The notes beneath the pieces are model-generated. The model was not told the DNA's origin. It was given only the letters and a program-made list of their open reading frames with translations, and did not search any database. Shown piece after piece: positions 26,480-40,873 of a DNA stretch of 64,000 nt (positions are counted from its first letter, which is position 1; each line of letters begins with the position of its first letter). The translations under genes and the position numbers were made by a program. The stretch comes from the human T2T-CHM13v2.0 reference genome, Homo sapiens, in the NCBI RefSeq assembly GCF_009914755.1, contig NC_060945.1. The stretch is one strand, 5' to 3'.

Positions 26480-28030
26480 CTGTTTTTAGATGAGCCTTTA
26501 TATATGTCTGTATGTTTACTATTTTCTGTGTTCTTCGTTTCCTTGTGTAGACCCATTTCTCCATTTAGTATCGCTTTTCCTTCATTCTGAAGGACTTGCT
26601 TCATTTTGAAAGATAATTTGGCTGGGTATAGAACACCAGGTTGTGAGTTTTCTTTCTTTCAGTATTTTAAATACGTTTTATCACTTGCATTGTTTTTGAT
26701 AAGAAAACTGTTTTCATTCTTACCTTTGTTTCCCTGCACATAGTGTTTTTTTCTCTGCTTTTAAGACTTCCTCTTTATAACTGGTTTTAAGCAATTCGAA
26801 TATCATCTGCCTTGGTGTCTTGATATTTCTTGTGCTTGAAGTTTGTTGAACGTTTTGGATCAATAATTTGCAGTGTTCCTCGAATTTGGAATATTTTAGG
26901 CCACTATTTCTTCAAACAGTTTTTTCTTTTCCCTCACTTCTCCTTTGGATACTTCAATTTCATATATACTAGTCTACTTGAAGTTGTCCCACAGTTTGTT
27001 AATGTTGTATTACTTCTTCTTTTTCAGTCTTTGTTTACGTTGCAGATAGTCTCTAGTGCTATGTTTTCATATTCACTAATCTTTATTCTTCAAAACCTAA
27101 TCTGCTATTAATTTTGTTCAGTGCATTTTTAATCTCAGATGTTAAAGTTTTATCTTGAAAATTCAATTTGGATCTTCTTTCATGTCTCTGCCTAAAATGC
27201 TCAATCTTTTCTTTATTTTCTTGAATATATGAATTATGGTGTGTATTAATGTCCTTATGTACAAATCATAGCATCTGTGTCATTTTTGATCTGTTTCTAT
27301 TGATTGATTTCTTTCTCTTCATCCCACATCATATTTTCCTCCTTTGCATATTTGGTAATTCTTACTTGGCTGACAGACATTATACATTTTATCTTGATTA
27401 TTTTTATATTCCTATAAGTATTCTTGAACTTTATTCTGGGATGCAGTTAAGTTACTTGGAAACTGTTTTATCTATTAGAGTCTTGCTTTTGAGCTTTGTT
27501 AGGTGAGATCATAGAAGCCTGTAGTCTAGGGCCAATTATCCTTTATTACTAAGGCAATACCTTTCTGAGTACTCTACCTAATGACCTGTGAATTCTGAGA
27601 TTTTTTTCAGTCTGGCTAGTAGGAACACAAACTATTCCTGGTTATGTGTCAGTTCTGGGGAATATTACCTGTAATCCTTTTGGCATTTTATCCTTGGCTT
27701 TGTGTAGTTTCCTCACACACATGCAAAGATTAACACTCTGCTGAAGGCTCAAGAGGTATCCTCTGCATATTTCAGGGGCTTGCTTTGTGTATAGGACTGT
27801 ACGCTCTGGCACTCTGCCCTGTGAACTCTAGCTACCTTGGCCTCCTTGGAATCCTAACTCAGTTCAACTCAGGAAGACCACTGGGTTCTGCCTGAGCTTC
27901 CTTTCCCTGCACTGTGGCCTGGAAACTCTGCCTAGGCACTAGAGTGGGACAGCGATAGGTCTTCTTTTGTTTATTTTCTCTTTATCAGAAATCAGTCTTC
28001 TTTCCATCTTGATTGAAAACAGTTCTATTA
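26480..28030 (-). mobile_element. Old L1M 5'/ORF1 fragment
   Basis: ttcattttgaaagataatttggctgggtatagaa...gccactatttcttcaaa...gggatgcagttaagttacttggaaac. Confidence 0.75.
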
Positions 28031-28699
28031 TATATATTATCATGAAGAAAAATTTAAGGCAGTATTGGAAAGCTTTTCTAATTTTTTTCTGTTACTTGAT
28101 GTTATAATTGTTTCTTTTCCTTGTAAAATTAAACTTTTTTTTGATTTGGGCAGATATGAGTGACTTCAGTAAAATTCCCATAAAATAATTAGAACTCTAA
28201 TATTAGCCAGGAAACTGGGTGGAGTTCTTTCTATTGTAAAGATTTTACTATTTATGGCAGCTTGAATAGCATTGCCCTGCCATATTCAATCATTAACCAA
28301 TAATATTTTATCCATGCAGATTTTGTACCTATTTTAATATCTAAAACCACACCTGAAAACCAAAACAATTTTGAGGAGACTGATATCTAGAAGGTTAGTA
28401 TGCCCAATAAAGGTATGAAGAATTCTGGTAGCATTACCTTCTGGAGATTTTAGATTTCCATATATAACATATTTTCACAATATCAGACAATGGGGATGAG
28501 TAAGAATTATATTTTAACTCCAACAGACCTACATTGAATTAAATCCTGCTAGTTCTGATACTAATAATTAGAAAACTTATACAGCAAGCGATCCTATGTC
28601 TTGGAAGGAGATTTAATTGGCATCCAAGTAAACAGAAAGTTGGGCTAAGTGAAATGTATATATTCTGACTTTTAAAAAATTTTAGGTGTGGAAAATTCT

Positions 28700-29800
28700 T
28701 ATTTTGTTAGTAGGAGTAGACAATGTAAGTGGAGGAACTCTCAAAAGTCTTCTAAAATGAAGATGGGATAGATCCTAAAATGGTAGAGTAAGAACAATCT
28801 TTTAAAATTATCCATAGCAGGAAACAGGAAAAATTATTAGAATCCTACCATCTTTTATAGCACTATGAAGTTCTGGCCTCTATGAAATAGAAGCAGAAAG
28901 TCATTAGGAAGACAGAGGTTGAGATGGAAAGGTAACATAATGATAGAAGTAGTAATGAGAAGTGTTAAGTGTGTAGTGAAGGGTAGAGCTGATACCATCA
29001 AAGAATTAAATCAGTGATGGAGGATCACTTGCAGAAGCTCTCCAAGATCAGAGAGAATAAAGAGAGACCAATAAAAAGAATAAGTGGGTAAATAATACAT
29101 ATAGAGGAAAAGAACTTGTAGAATGTTTGATGGTTTTAGGGTATCTGACATAAACATTAGAACACTTAGCAGCAATAACCAGTGTTAAGAGAGGGGAATA
29201 TACAAACTTTAAAAAAAATCAGCATACAGATTTAACATTTTCCTCTCATTTATGCAGAATCAATTCTACAAGTCTTGCATTGTTTTTGATAAGAAAACTG
29301 TTTGCATTCTTACCTTTGTTTCCCTGCACATAATGTTTTTTTCCGTGCTTTTAAGACTTCCTCTTTATAACTGGTTTTAAGCAATTTGATTATCATCTGC
29401 CTTACAAATACAGCTTTACAATTTTTTTTAATCAGAAAAACATCTGGTACTTTCTCTTTTGGTGAAAAGTTTACTAAGTTGCTTCCAAAAGAATGATTTT
29501 TTTAGAAAAGACTAGCCTCAGACTTCTCTTTAGTACTAAATGTCATAATGAAATGACATTAAAATGGAGAATTTTGAGGGAAGAAATTTGAAATGCTAAA
29601 TTGTGCATTTCCCCAAGGTGTCTTTTACGTTTCTGAGCAATAGAAAGACATTCCCAATGTATAAGGGCTCAGAAGATATATTCCACATGTAAATCAAACA
29701 AAAGTAGACAATAAATTAACCTCAGGCATTTGAATGATCATCAAAAATTATAAATTCAAGAGAAGTGGTAATTATGAAAGACATTGATTATGAATGATTT
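28700..29800 (+). mobile_element. HAL1/L1ME-like ORF1 fragment
   Basis: A-rich; gcctcagacttctc...gcaatagaaagacattcccaatgtataagggctcagaagatat. Confidence 0.5.
29274..29403 (+). repeat. 130-bp copy of 26684-26813
   Basis: Ungapped alignment by eye, 6 mismatches in 130. Confidence 0.95.
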
Positions 29801-32629
29801 TTTACACAATTTGACACGAATTCAGGAATCCAGTTAAATATAGTTTTAGCTGGACTCTATGTCATGATAGTTAAAGTCGTTTCTGAGATAGTTTGCTGAA
29901 TTTTTATTTTTTTGCTTTCACTGTATTTCCATTGACAGTGACAAGTGTTTCTTATGCTTTATTATTGAAACTAAGTTTAGATAGAAGCTCTTCCCATATT
30001 TGATGACCACTTAAAGTAAGTGGGAAAAATACTTGCCAACAATCACTAAATTACTTGCACTTGGAAAATTACTAAACACATACTTCAGAGTAGAGGTGCA
30101 TAGAAAACTTAATGACCATGAGATATGAGTGGATAGTTTCTGTATCATTAAAAATCAAGTAAAATGACTTGATGTAAGATTTGGGGTATTTTAGATATTG
30201 GGAATGCCTGACAAATAATCTAGTGGCAAACATTAATTGTAAGTCCCTTTTCAATGTCATCTTACATGTAGAATTTTTGAATATTTCATCCATGGTACTT
30301 AAAAATAAGAATCTAAAATATGATCCCAGATATGTAAACAAAATATGCTTGGATAAAAAGAAGATAAAGACTTACCTAGATAAGTCCATGGGGATCGCAA
30401 GATGTCTTTCTTCTTATGAATTGATGGTCCAAACTGAAATTTTCATTCCATCCCATTTTGGGATGGAAGCTATTTAGTTTAGTGATAATTCTGAATCGAG
30501 GGATTCTTAATGGTCAGGATTTATGCTGCCTCAATGTCAAGTCTGTACTAACTCCTCTGTGTTAACACATTACAAATAAATCTGAGAGATATATATCTGT
30601 TATTTATCAACTCTTAGATATTCATTAAGTTTGCTATTCTAATATTTTAAGAAGAAATCTATTTTGATTGTTCATGATAATGTAATAGAAAGTGTTAAGT
30701 TTGTAGCTTTAGTAGTTAGGGGTAGGGATTGTGGTAGGGAGTAAAGGCCTTAAGGTCAAAGAGTCATATCCCATGCTGTTCTCTAAATCTTGTATGAAAT
30801 CTTGGACATCATGGATAAAAACCTTAGACATCATGTGTGAAATGTGTTCCTTGCCTATTCCTACCTCTCTTCAATGGATCTTAGAATATTTGACCTGAAT
30901 TTCTTATTTGGGAACACTTTTATATTGTTTTCTATATTCTAAATCTAGAAATATCGGCCAACTTTTCATTCGACATCTAAGGAACTCTAGAGCCTTGAAC
31001 TTGCTTTGACAATATGGCTTCTGGTTCTAATTTGGGGCTCCTTAGAGATCCTGAATATAAATTACTCCCTATCCTCTATTACTTATTGGAAAAACCTAAC
31101 CCCTAATCCTTATGTAACTCATCTTGATGCTACCAAAACCTCAACTCTGGCACCATGCCTTTTTTAAAAAAATTAAATAAAAGTTAAAATAACAATTAAA
31201 GCCTTTGCAAATTACCCTTTAAGAGATTTATGGATTGCTATTTTTTCTGCTTAACTCCAGTAAAAGGAATTTGACATTTATATAGATATTAGTTTTCATT
31301 TAACACATGTTGAGACTTTAATCCTTATTGGGTCTTGCTGAGCCTCCAAACATGGACTAAGTTCACAGGATAGTTTTTCACAGATGGATCACATCACATA
31401 AATAAGAATGTAACTTCACTCAGAACATTCTTTCAAAAGAAATATGTTATTTAACTATTCAAACCTCTTATCATAATTGAGTCTTATAATTTATTTGTTA
31501 AAGGCCCTATTTATCTTTGCTCATGAAATAAAATATTCAAAAACAGATTACAAAGTAGCATGGTCATGCAAACTTTGGTAAAAGACTCAGAACACTTTAT
31601 GTCCACTACATGTGGACAATTCTTTCTGCATATGAACTGCCCTTTCCTGCATCCACAGCTCTTATCCCTTCACTCTGTATTATCTTTACAAAAGAGAAGG
31701 AGACGACATACAAAATTAATTTAAGTAAAGGTCTGCATTACAACTGAAAGCCATTAACTGGCAGTGGCTCACCAAAGTACAGGCAAAAATCAATTTTAAT
31801 TAGTATTTTTGGCTTTAATGAAAAGTGATTACAAAATTGGCATTTTAGCTAATACTGTTGAGATTTATGGTGAGCTGATGCTAATTAATTTTCTGTTGAA
31901 TTGCTGTAGGCCTTAGTGTCTTCAATAAAATGGTATATTTGCTGATACTAGGGCTGCATCAGCAGTTCAGTTTTGTAACAAAAGGCTTCTTAATGGTTTA
32001 CAGGTGTATTTTACACTATTGCTCTAAGCTACAGTGCATTATTATTTTTTCCATAAAAAGACTGTTATAGGTAATCAAATTTCATACCATTTTATTAATT
32101 GGGACCATTTTATTTTAGTGTATCTTGAGTGTTATCCACAGAACTCTTTACTTCAAATATAGCTTTCTTTTGTCTACTCGCAGGTGGTAAAAAAATTAGA
32201 TGATATACTTTAATTAGAGAACATTTCATGACTGATTTCTCTTTATTTCTTCATTTTTCCTCTTCCCTTGATTGTATTGGTAATAAATTGGCTTCTGAAC
32301 CTAGTTACATGCTTTAGATCCATTTTAAGTCAGGAAATAAAAAAAGAATTAAGCTTTACAATTTACTCTTGTCATATGATTTGAGTTTTAAATGCTCTTT
32401 AGCTTGCTTTTATTGTGATTATTTCCTCCCTTTTTTAGAAAAGTGAAACAGTCCTTACTGAAGACTAAAAATTATATGATGATTTCTGTAAGCTGAAAAT
32501 TTGTATCCTGGCATTGATTTGGTTGGACCTATGAAAGTCATTTTGTTCATTTGTTATCGGTGTTATTGGCCTGTCATAGACAGACACAAGGTGGCGTTAT
32601 CCACACTCAAAAGGATGGCCTATGGAGAA

Positions 32630-32810
32630 AGAGAGATAGTGTTGGAGTCTTAACTGACCGTGATTGGCTTTGGGGACTTGGGTAAGTTACTTAACCTCTC
32701 TAAGCTTCTGTTTACTCAACTGTGTGATGAAAATAACTATGCCCATGTCAAAATATATTTTGAGCATTAAAATTAAAAATGACTTAAAGCAAAACATTCA
32801 ACAAACAATA
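32630..32810 (+). mobile_element. MIR
   Basis: gacttgggtaagttacttaacctctctaagcttctgtttactcaactgt core. Confidence 0.7.
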
Positions 32811-33799
32811 GCTATTTTTTTTTAAATGAAAGCCATTTTATTTTGAAACAATGTTTTGTTAAACATCATTTTATTACCTACTGAAATATATATAAAATTG
32901 GGTTACAGATTTTTATAATATTTAGGATTCACGTCATGCAGATGCATTTTGTGATCGAAAAAGTCTAAGCACAATATATGATTAAATCATTAATTAGTAA
33001 AACCAAAATGATAGAAAATTTAACTGAGAACTATAAGTCTTAGAATTTTGTAGTAGACTGAATGGAATAGGCTCAATTTAAAATAACTGAGATGTCTAGT
33101 TCAGTTCTTTTTCTTTTAAAATGAGTACATAGAGGCTCATATTACAAGTTAAATGACTTGATTAATAAATTACAGGTGAGTCTTAGGAAGGGCTTGATCA
33201 ATTCTACTCTAGTGGCAAATTTTATGGCTTTTATATGTGCTAAAGGGAGCCAAATTCAAATTGATCCACTAGAGATTAGCAATAACTATATGAGAAAGCG
33301 TTTGTAGTCCAGATTTAGGATGATATGGGAAGCTGAATATATTTTTTTTAATTTTTAGGTAGAATTTGGAGAGGTGAAAAAATCTTGCTTCTTCTCATTG
33401 TTGCCTAAAACATTAAACAGCTTATCACATGAGCTGATGAACGGTGTCCTGTAGGCTTTTAGAAAGTATACTCTTCAATATCCCACTTAAAATTTGAAAA
33501 AAAATGTAAATGTTCCACTGAAAAGACTCTGGGAATATTTTCTGTTTAAAAATTTTTAATTTTAATATTTTAGAAGGGGAGACAATTTGTTTTCCAGGAG
33601 CACAGCACAGATTTAAATACACATTTGCTAGTCAGGTCTTGGATGAATGGACCCCCTTCTCCCCACCCCCTTCTGCAAACCTTCTTACAGCCTGATTGAG
33701 ATGGCCCCATTTTGGGGCCCACAAATTGTATAAAATATATCCTCATACCTCAGAGCTATGGCAATAAGAGACATGCTTGGTTTTCATTTTCCAGGTACA

Positions 33800-33990
33800 A
33801 TAGAATTATAGAATTATAAATCAGAAAGAAGCCTTAGGGAATATTTATTCTAAAATTCTCATTTTGTAGATAAGGAACTTAAAGCACAGAGGAGTTATAA
33901 AACTTGCTCTTGTCACCCAGCCAGTGTGAAGCAGATCTGGGAACTACAGTTCAGGTGCTCTAAACCATAGCTTAGTGACCTCTCCTTTAT
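33800..33990 (-). mobile_element. MIR
   Basis: ctcattttgtagataaggaacttaaagcacagaggagt...acttgctcttgtcacccagc. Confidence 0.7.
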
Positions 33991-34574
33991 TCTATATATC
34001 CAGTGGTTTAGAAATAAGTTAACCATTTTGTTCAAAATGTGCTTCATTTTATGTTTCTCACATCACTTGATGTGCATAAACTTTCAGGTAAAATATTTTA
34101 AGAGAGAAATTCTCTTGCGCAGAAGGTGAAATAATAGAGATACATATCTGGGATAGTTGCTGGGACACGAATATGCAAAATTGTTGAATTTTCAATGTGT
34201 CAGCTTTGGTCATTACTTAGTCTTCACCTTTGTATGTCCAGAAAACTTGATTTTGGGGCTGTATTTAAGAATGGTCATGTTCTGGCCATTTTTTTTTTGT
34301 TAACTAATTCAAAATACCTTTATGCAAAATGACAATATTGAACTACAGTGAGAAATTTAACTTCTGAGTGAATGAATGAATTATTATTTGCTGTTCTGGA
34401 GAAAAGTCTACATTAGGAAGACAAATTATAACTGCAAGATTGCTAATGAATCATAGACACAGAGAAGGGAAATTGGTTGTATGCTCTTAATGATCCTGGT
34501 CAGCAAGATGATTGCTAAATGAGTCTATCTCTACTATAGGGGTGTATTGGCCTAGAATACCAGAAAACTCATTG

Positions 34575-35916
34575 CAGGGCTAGCCTCAAGGGTGTGCAAC
34601 CTGTGCAGTCGCACTGGGCCAACACACAGAAGGAACCCACTCTTGGTTTAATGCTCTGCTGTTGTTGTCCTGATGTTTTTAATAACATTATCTTTGGACT
34701 TGTGGTTTGTAAGTGAAGTCTGTTGGGACAAAGGAGCATGCCTGTGAATGAATAGAGGATATATATGCAGTATGTGAATCTGTCATTTCTTGCTGCCTTA
34801 TTTTCATTGAGCATCTCGAACACAATAAGATGTTCCATGAACACAGAATTCCAGTAGACCCAGGATGTGTGGGAGTTCAGAGAGACTCAAAGTGTGTTAC
34901 TTGTACTAAGTAAGCACAGAGCTGACAGCCCAAGTGGCCATTCTTTCCATTCTCACTAGAACGTGCTTAGGTTCCAGAAGGATGACATGATGCTATGAGA
35001 AACACTTCTATTCTTTCATACTCATGCTACTTTCCTGTATTAGTTACCCACCTAGGCTGAAAATGATGACATGGGAGGAAAAAGAGAGCAACCTTGTATT
35101 AGTCCATTTTCACACTGCTGATAAAGGCATACCAGAGACTGTAATTTATAAAGAAAAAGAGGTTTAATGGACCCACAGTTCCACAGGGCTGGAGAGGCCT
35201 TACAATCTTGGCGGAAGGCGAAAGGCATGTCTTCCATGGATGGTGGCAGACAAGAGAACGAGGGCCAAGCAAAAGGGGAAACCCCTTATTAAACCATCAG
35301 ATCTTGTGAGACTTATTCACTATCACAGAACAGTATGTGGAAACCATCTCCATGATTCAGTTATCTCCCCGCCACAACACATGGGGATTATGGGAGCTAC
35401 AATTCAAGATGAGATTTGGGTAGGGACACAGCCAAACCATATCAGACCTATAGTTTCTTTTCCTTTCAGTCCTTTTGAATTCTTCAGTAAACTGAAGGTA
35501 GAAAGTATTGGTAAAATGTGCACGTAATCAAGAAGTGAAATAAAAACAGTTGATTTAGTTTTGTGCTGTGTTTCTCCTTTGCTGGTAAGAATGAAATATA
35601 TATGCATGTATGAGCTACAAAATGTGAATTGTGTGATTTCAATAATTTCACATACAAATGCTCTTGTATTTACATTTAAAACTAACATTGAACAATATAA
35701 ATAGTGAAGTTCATGCTAATAATTTAAAATATTAATTTTTCTTCAGTTAGGAAGAGATTAAATAGTGAATAAAAAACACCACATCGTTGAGACTGCAGAA
35801 AAAAGAAAAATCTTTATTTTTTTAACACTTTTACTGGCACATTTTCCTGCTGTTTTAACTAACAACATTGAATTTTCACTTTGCGCTGTAACCTACAAAT
35901 TTTGGAGTCAGTACTG
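34575..35916 (+). mobile_element. hAT-Tip100 non-autonomous DNA transposon (MER45B/R-like), complete
   Basis: Starts cagggctagcctca, ends gagtcagtactg; perfect 8-bp TSD ACTCATTG (34567-34574, 35917-35924). Confidence 0.85.
35095..35444 (-). mobile_element. THE1 solo LTR inside MER45
   Basis: tgtattagtccattttcacactgctgataaag...gacacagccaaaccatatca; TSD AACCT/GACCT. Confidence 0.92.
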
Positions 35917-36611
35917 ACTCATTGTGGTCCATAAGAGAGCATTCTATATCATTCTCCAGACACACTGCCATTTTCTGAATTTCAAGCAGATAATCTTCTC
36001 TCTTTTGGTAGAAGGAAAAAGAAATACCTTTTTTTTCCTTTAGATCGATTACAATATAGTTGATTATATACTCTTTTATGATATCAATAATAATTCAGTC
36101 ATGCCTTCTTGAGATTGTATCCTGGTCCTCTTGATTAAATTTTGATTTGATTTGCAAGCTAGCCTAAATTTACTCCAAGTTTACTCTTCAGATGGCTAAT
36201 TTCATCCTACTTCACAGAGTTGTAAGGGCTTAATTTATGTATTCAATAAATATGTACTGAGCAGCTATTTCCAGCAGGGCACTGTGCGAGGTGCTGGGAC
36301 TCAGCAGTGAGTAAGATAGACAGGGTCTATGTCGTTATGCAGATGCATGTGGGTGAGGGAGACAGACAATAACAAGTACATAAAAAGGGCAAACTTCCCA
36401 GATTTAGATGAATCGGTGATAAGAAAAAAGCAGTGTGATGGAAAAAACAGTAACAAGGAAAGGCCATTTTAAATAGTGTAATCAAGGAAGGACTAAGAAC
36501 AATGTATAATATCTGATCTGGGACCTGAATAATGAGTCAAAGTTCTAGAAAGAGAACGTTTCAAACAGAGGGAGCTAGAATTATCAAAGCCTAAAGATAA
36601 AATACCCTGAG

Positions 36612-37465
36612 TGTGGTGAGTTGAATGATGGCCTCCAAAAAGATATAAACATGCCCCAGACCTTGTGAATGTGAGCTTATTTGGAAAAAATTACATTTGC
36701 AGATGTAATTAAGGATCTCAAAATGAGATAATCCTTGATTAACCAGGTGAGCCCTAAATCCGGTGAAAACTGTCTTTACAACAGATAGAAGAGAACAAGA
36801 CAGACACAAAGGAGGAGGCCATATGAAGGCAGAGGTACAGATTGGAGTTCAGTTGCCATAAGCCAAGGAATACCTGGAACTCCCAGAAGCTAGGAAGAGG
36901 CAAGGAAGAATTTTGCCTTAGAGTCTTTGGAGAAAGCATGGCCCTGTGACACCTTATTTCAAGTTTATGTCCTCTAAAACTGTGAGAGAATACATTTTTG
37001 ATGTTTTAATTCACCTGCTATGGTTTTAATATTTGTGTACACTCCAAAGTTCATGTTGAAACTGAATCCCCAATGCATCAGTATTAAGAGGTGTGACCTT
37101 TGGGAGGTAATTAGGTCAAGAGCACTTATGAATGAACTAGTAATCTTACAATTGACTAGAAGGAACTAGCTAGGCCCCCATTTTTTGCCTTTCCCTCCCT
37201 TCTGCCATGTGAGGACACAGCATTTGTCTCCTCCAGCGGATGCAGTAACAAGGTGCCATCTGAGAAGCAGAGAGAAGGCCATCACCAGACACTGAACCTG
37301 CCAGTGCTTTCATCTTGAACTTCCCAATCTCCAGAACTATGAAAAATAAATTTCTGTTCTTTATAAATTATTCCATCTTAGGTATCTTGTTATAGAAGCA
37401 CAAATGAACTAAGCCACCACCCAACTGGTGGTAATTTGTTGTGGCATCCTCAGAACACTAATACA
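36612..37465 (+). mobile_element. MLT1D-like LTR
   Basis: tgtggtgagttgaatgatggcctccaaaaagatat...tttgcagatgtaattaaggatctc...cactaataca; flanking CCTGA. Confidence 0.82.
37016..37416 (+). mobile_element. MSTD-like solo LTR nested in MLT1D
   Basis: tgctatggttttaatatttgtg...aaatgaactaagcca; TSD TCACC/CCACC. Confidence 0.82.
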
Positions 37466-40400
37466 CCTGATATTTTTTAAAGAAATAAAAGGGGGTCAGT
37501 GTGAGTAAGATAAAGTGAGAAGGTGGAGGAGACCGAGAGGATATCAGAAAAGCAGGCCAACGCCAGATTCCAAAAGGCCACGTAGACATGGGAAAGAGCT
37601 GGGATTTTTATTATGAGTCATGGGAAGCGGTTAATGGATATTAAGCTAGAGAATTCTTTGGTGTACATTTAAGCTGCAGTGCAAAGAGTGGGCTGTCAGA
37701 AAGTCAGAGTGCAGCAATACTGTAGCAAAAAGTAGGAAAAATACTATGGTAGTTGACCAACTGAGAGATGATGGTGGCACACACCCGCCTTGTTGTCTCA
37801 GAAATACATTACGGGGACCAGATTGAGATATATTTTGAGATTAGAATGACAGGACCTGGCGAGATTGGATGTAAGGAATCAAAGATAACTTCTGACATTT
37901 GTAGAGCAAACAAGTAGGTAATGGTAATGTCATTTATTCAAATGGCAATGACTAGTAGAGGAACAGGTACCCACTGTTGATAGTGGAAATCAGAAGATTC
38001 TGTAGAACATAATTAAGGTTTAGAAATCCAAATGGAAATTTTAGATAGCATTACTTGAGATAATGTATGCTAAAAGCCTAATTAGTTACACATATGTAAT
38101 TGCTCAAAAAATGAATATATCCTTTAACATTTTATGATGACTTGGTTTTCTTACTTTAGTTGTCACAAAATAGCTATTTTACTGTTTGGGGATATCACTC
38201 CATCAATTTATCACTGCGGTCGTTAGTTCTTGCCTTCATTTATTGTTAGACCAGACTAATGGCCTTTGTGGGCAAAGTTCCATAAGCCAAGCTAATTTTC
38301 ACGTCTCCATATTTGCTATTTCTACACCAATCCACAGGTCATAGAGTGTAATGTCAGTTTAGGGCTAAAATTGCATCACAAATTAGCAAGTGATTCCTCC
38401 AAAGTAAGCAGTTCCCTGACACTGGTGATTTGCAAATATTAAATCCACCAAGTAGAAGAAATGCAAGAATCAACTTTTTGTCCAAACTCTACTTTAATCT
38501 TGGCTCAAAAAGCCTGAAAATCTGGACTTATGGATGCTCTTTCTAACCCTTCTCCATTTAATTATTATGACTCTGGCAGAAAGAGAAAGTATATATTTTT
38601 TCCCTAACAAAGGTAATTGAATATTGCCTAATTAGATTAACTGCACTGCTTTGAAGCCACAGTGATAGATGATATATAGGAGGCCTGGCATTGATAATTG
38701 TGAGAGAGAAATTATTTAATGTGAAATGAAGACTACAGAGTGCAGAGGCCACAGCTTTGACCTGGGTGTCCCCTTCCCCTCTCAAACTTTGGATATATAT
38801 TTTTATATTAAAAATGGAATCTTTTCAACTATTAAAATACATTCAATTCCTTTTTATGGCTTGTAACTGTATATGCTAATTTAATAAGTTTAGATTGCCT
38901 GAATTATTTCTGGCTGAGCAGAGCACAGCAGTTTAGCCGTTTTCTGATTAGAGAAGGGAGGAACACACCATTGGCGCTCCCCACATTCACCGTTGCAATA
39001 AATATAAAAACAACAGTACTGGGAAACCCCAGAGTGCCACATACAGTGGTCCTTCTGATCTCATTTTCATTGGATTCAGCCTCAATGTAGTAAGAGTATA
39101 GATAGCTGTCTGCCTTTCAGGGTAAACAGATATGCATGTTATAGAGAATGACTTGGGAAAAAGCTACCATCTTAGATGTCATACCACCTGCTCTGACCTA
39201 AAGCACTTTGGCAGATATTGACTATGAGAAAAACTTGTGACGCTTCACAGTGTGGGTGGTGAGGACAAGAGGCCATTTTTTAATGTTCCATAACCAAAAC
39301 TTTAACTAACCATCTTGGGAAAATGGCCACCAACTTTTTCTTTGTATTGCTTGTGCTGTATCTCTTCAGTCTACAGAACGTTATACATTTTCCACTTACC
39401 CATTCAGGACTTGTCGAGCACCTACTATGTCCTGTGCTTGTGAGAAGTATGTTGCTTTATTTGATGATATGGAAACTGTTAATGAAGGAAGGAGTTAACA
39501 TTGGTAACTGACAAATAGTGAAAGAGGCCAAACTAAAAATCTCTTTCTTCCTGAGAAAAAGAGGAGGAATTGATTTGCTTTTCTCAAAAATGATGGCGTT
39601 CTCATTTGTTTCCCTAAAACTTAAAGTAGAAGAAGTTATGAAGGAATTTCAATGTTTCTTGGTGTCTCTTCAACTCTGAGACTTTTGTGAAAATAATATG
39701 GAGTCCCAGAAGTTTTAAAATATTTATTTCTTTGTGAAATGAGATAATTCCTGACTAAGCAATTTGGGTGGAATTAAAAAACAATGAGACATGGTTGGAG
39801 GAACTAGGTGTGGGTATATAAGACTTTTTATATTTGCATCTTGTTCGGTGCATAGTTTTTACATCCATGAATTTAGAAAATCATTGCATTTAATACTGGG
39901 AAATAATAAAGCTGAAAATATGTAGCAGCAAAAGAAAGAAAGAAAGAAAAATTCTGAAACCCATTAAACCCTATCAGCAAAAAAACTTGGCAAGATTTTG
40001 AAAATTTGTTTATGATCTTTGAACTTCAAAATGAATGGCATGCGAGGTAACTGAATAATGCTTTCAATTGAGGAATAATTATAAGCACTGGAACTGCCCA
40101 AACATATTGATAATACTATATGCTGAAAATTTTTTTTGGATCTATTTTGCATTTACAGTTGTTAGTACAACAAAACCATATGCAAGCCTCTGTCTGACAT
40201 CCATCCTTCTGGGGGGCAGAAATGCAACCTACTCTCCAGCCACTTTAGACCTATCGAATATTATTGGTTATAGATTTGTTTTAATGTTCAGAACTTCACA
40301 TTTTTTTAAAAAAAATAGAATTTTGGTTTACAATGATTTTCAGATGACACTAAAGAACACTTTAGTATTGATTAATCATTTTAAATTTGTAAATTGAGAT

Positions 40401-40873
40401 GAACACAATTACAAAACAATACAAAATTAGTATTTTCTGTTTGGGAAATTATTTTTATCTCCTACATTGTTCTTGTACAGTGTATTCAATATAAACAGAC
40501 ACAGTGTTTAAGCTTCAGCTTCAATAATGGCTGATGGTGATACATTTGAGTAATTCTATTACCAGTTGAATGAGGGAAGCTGCTGTGAATGCGTTACTGA
40601 AGTAGGATATTAGCCAAAATTGTGACTTATGGTGATCAAAATAGATAGATGTTTGACAAATAATTGATAAACTTTTTAGAAGTTTGCCAAACTCATGGGA
40701 AAATTTTAGAATGTATCTGTCTTTACCAGATTAACTATATAATGAACAGATCTGGAATTTGCTCTACACTGTTTCATAATTATGAATTCAAGATCAAACA
40801 TGACTCAGATGTATAACAATACTACTTAGGAAAGTAGTGGGATCTGTTTTTCTATTACATTTTAATTTCAATT

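Larger units (their letters stand above)
36240..38050 (-). mobile_element. L2, interrupted by MLT1D/MST
   Basis: attcaataaatatgtactgagcagctatt...gggcactgtgcgaggtgctggga; continues after 37470 (gagagatgatggtggc...). Confidence 0.7.
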
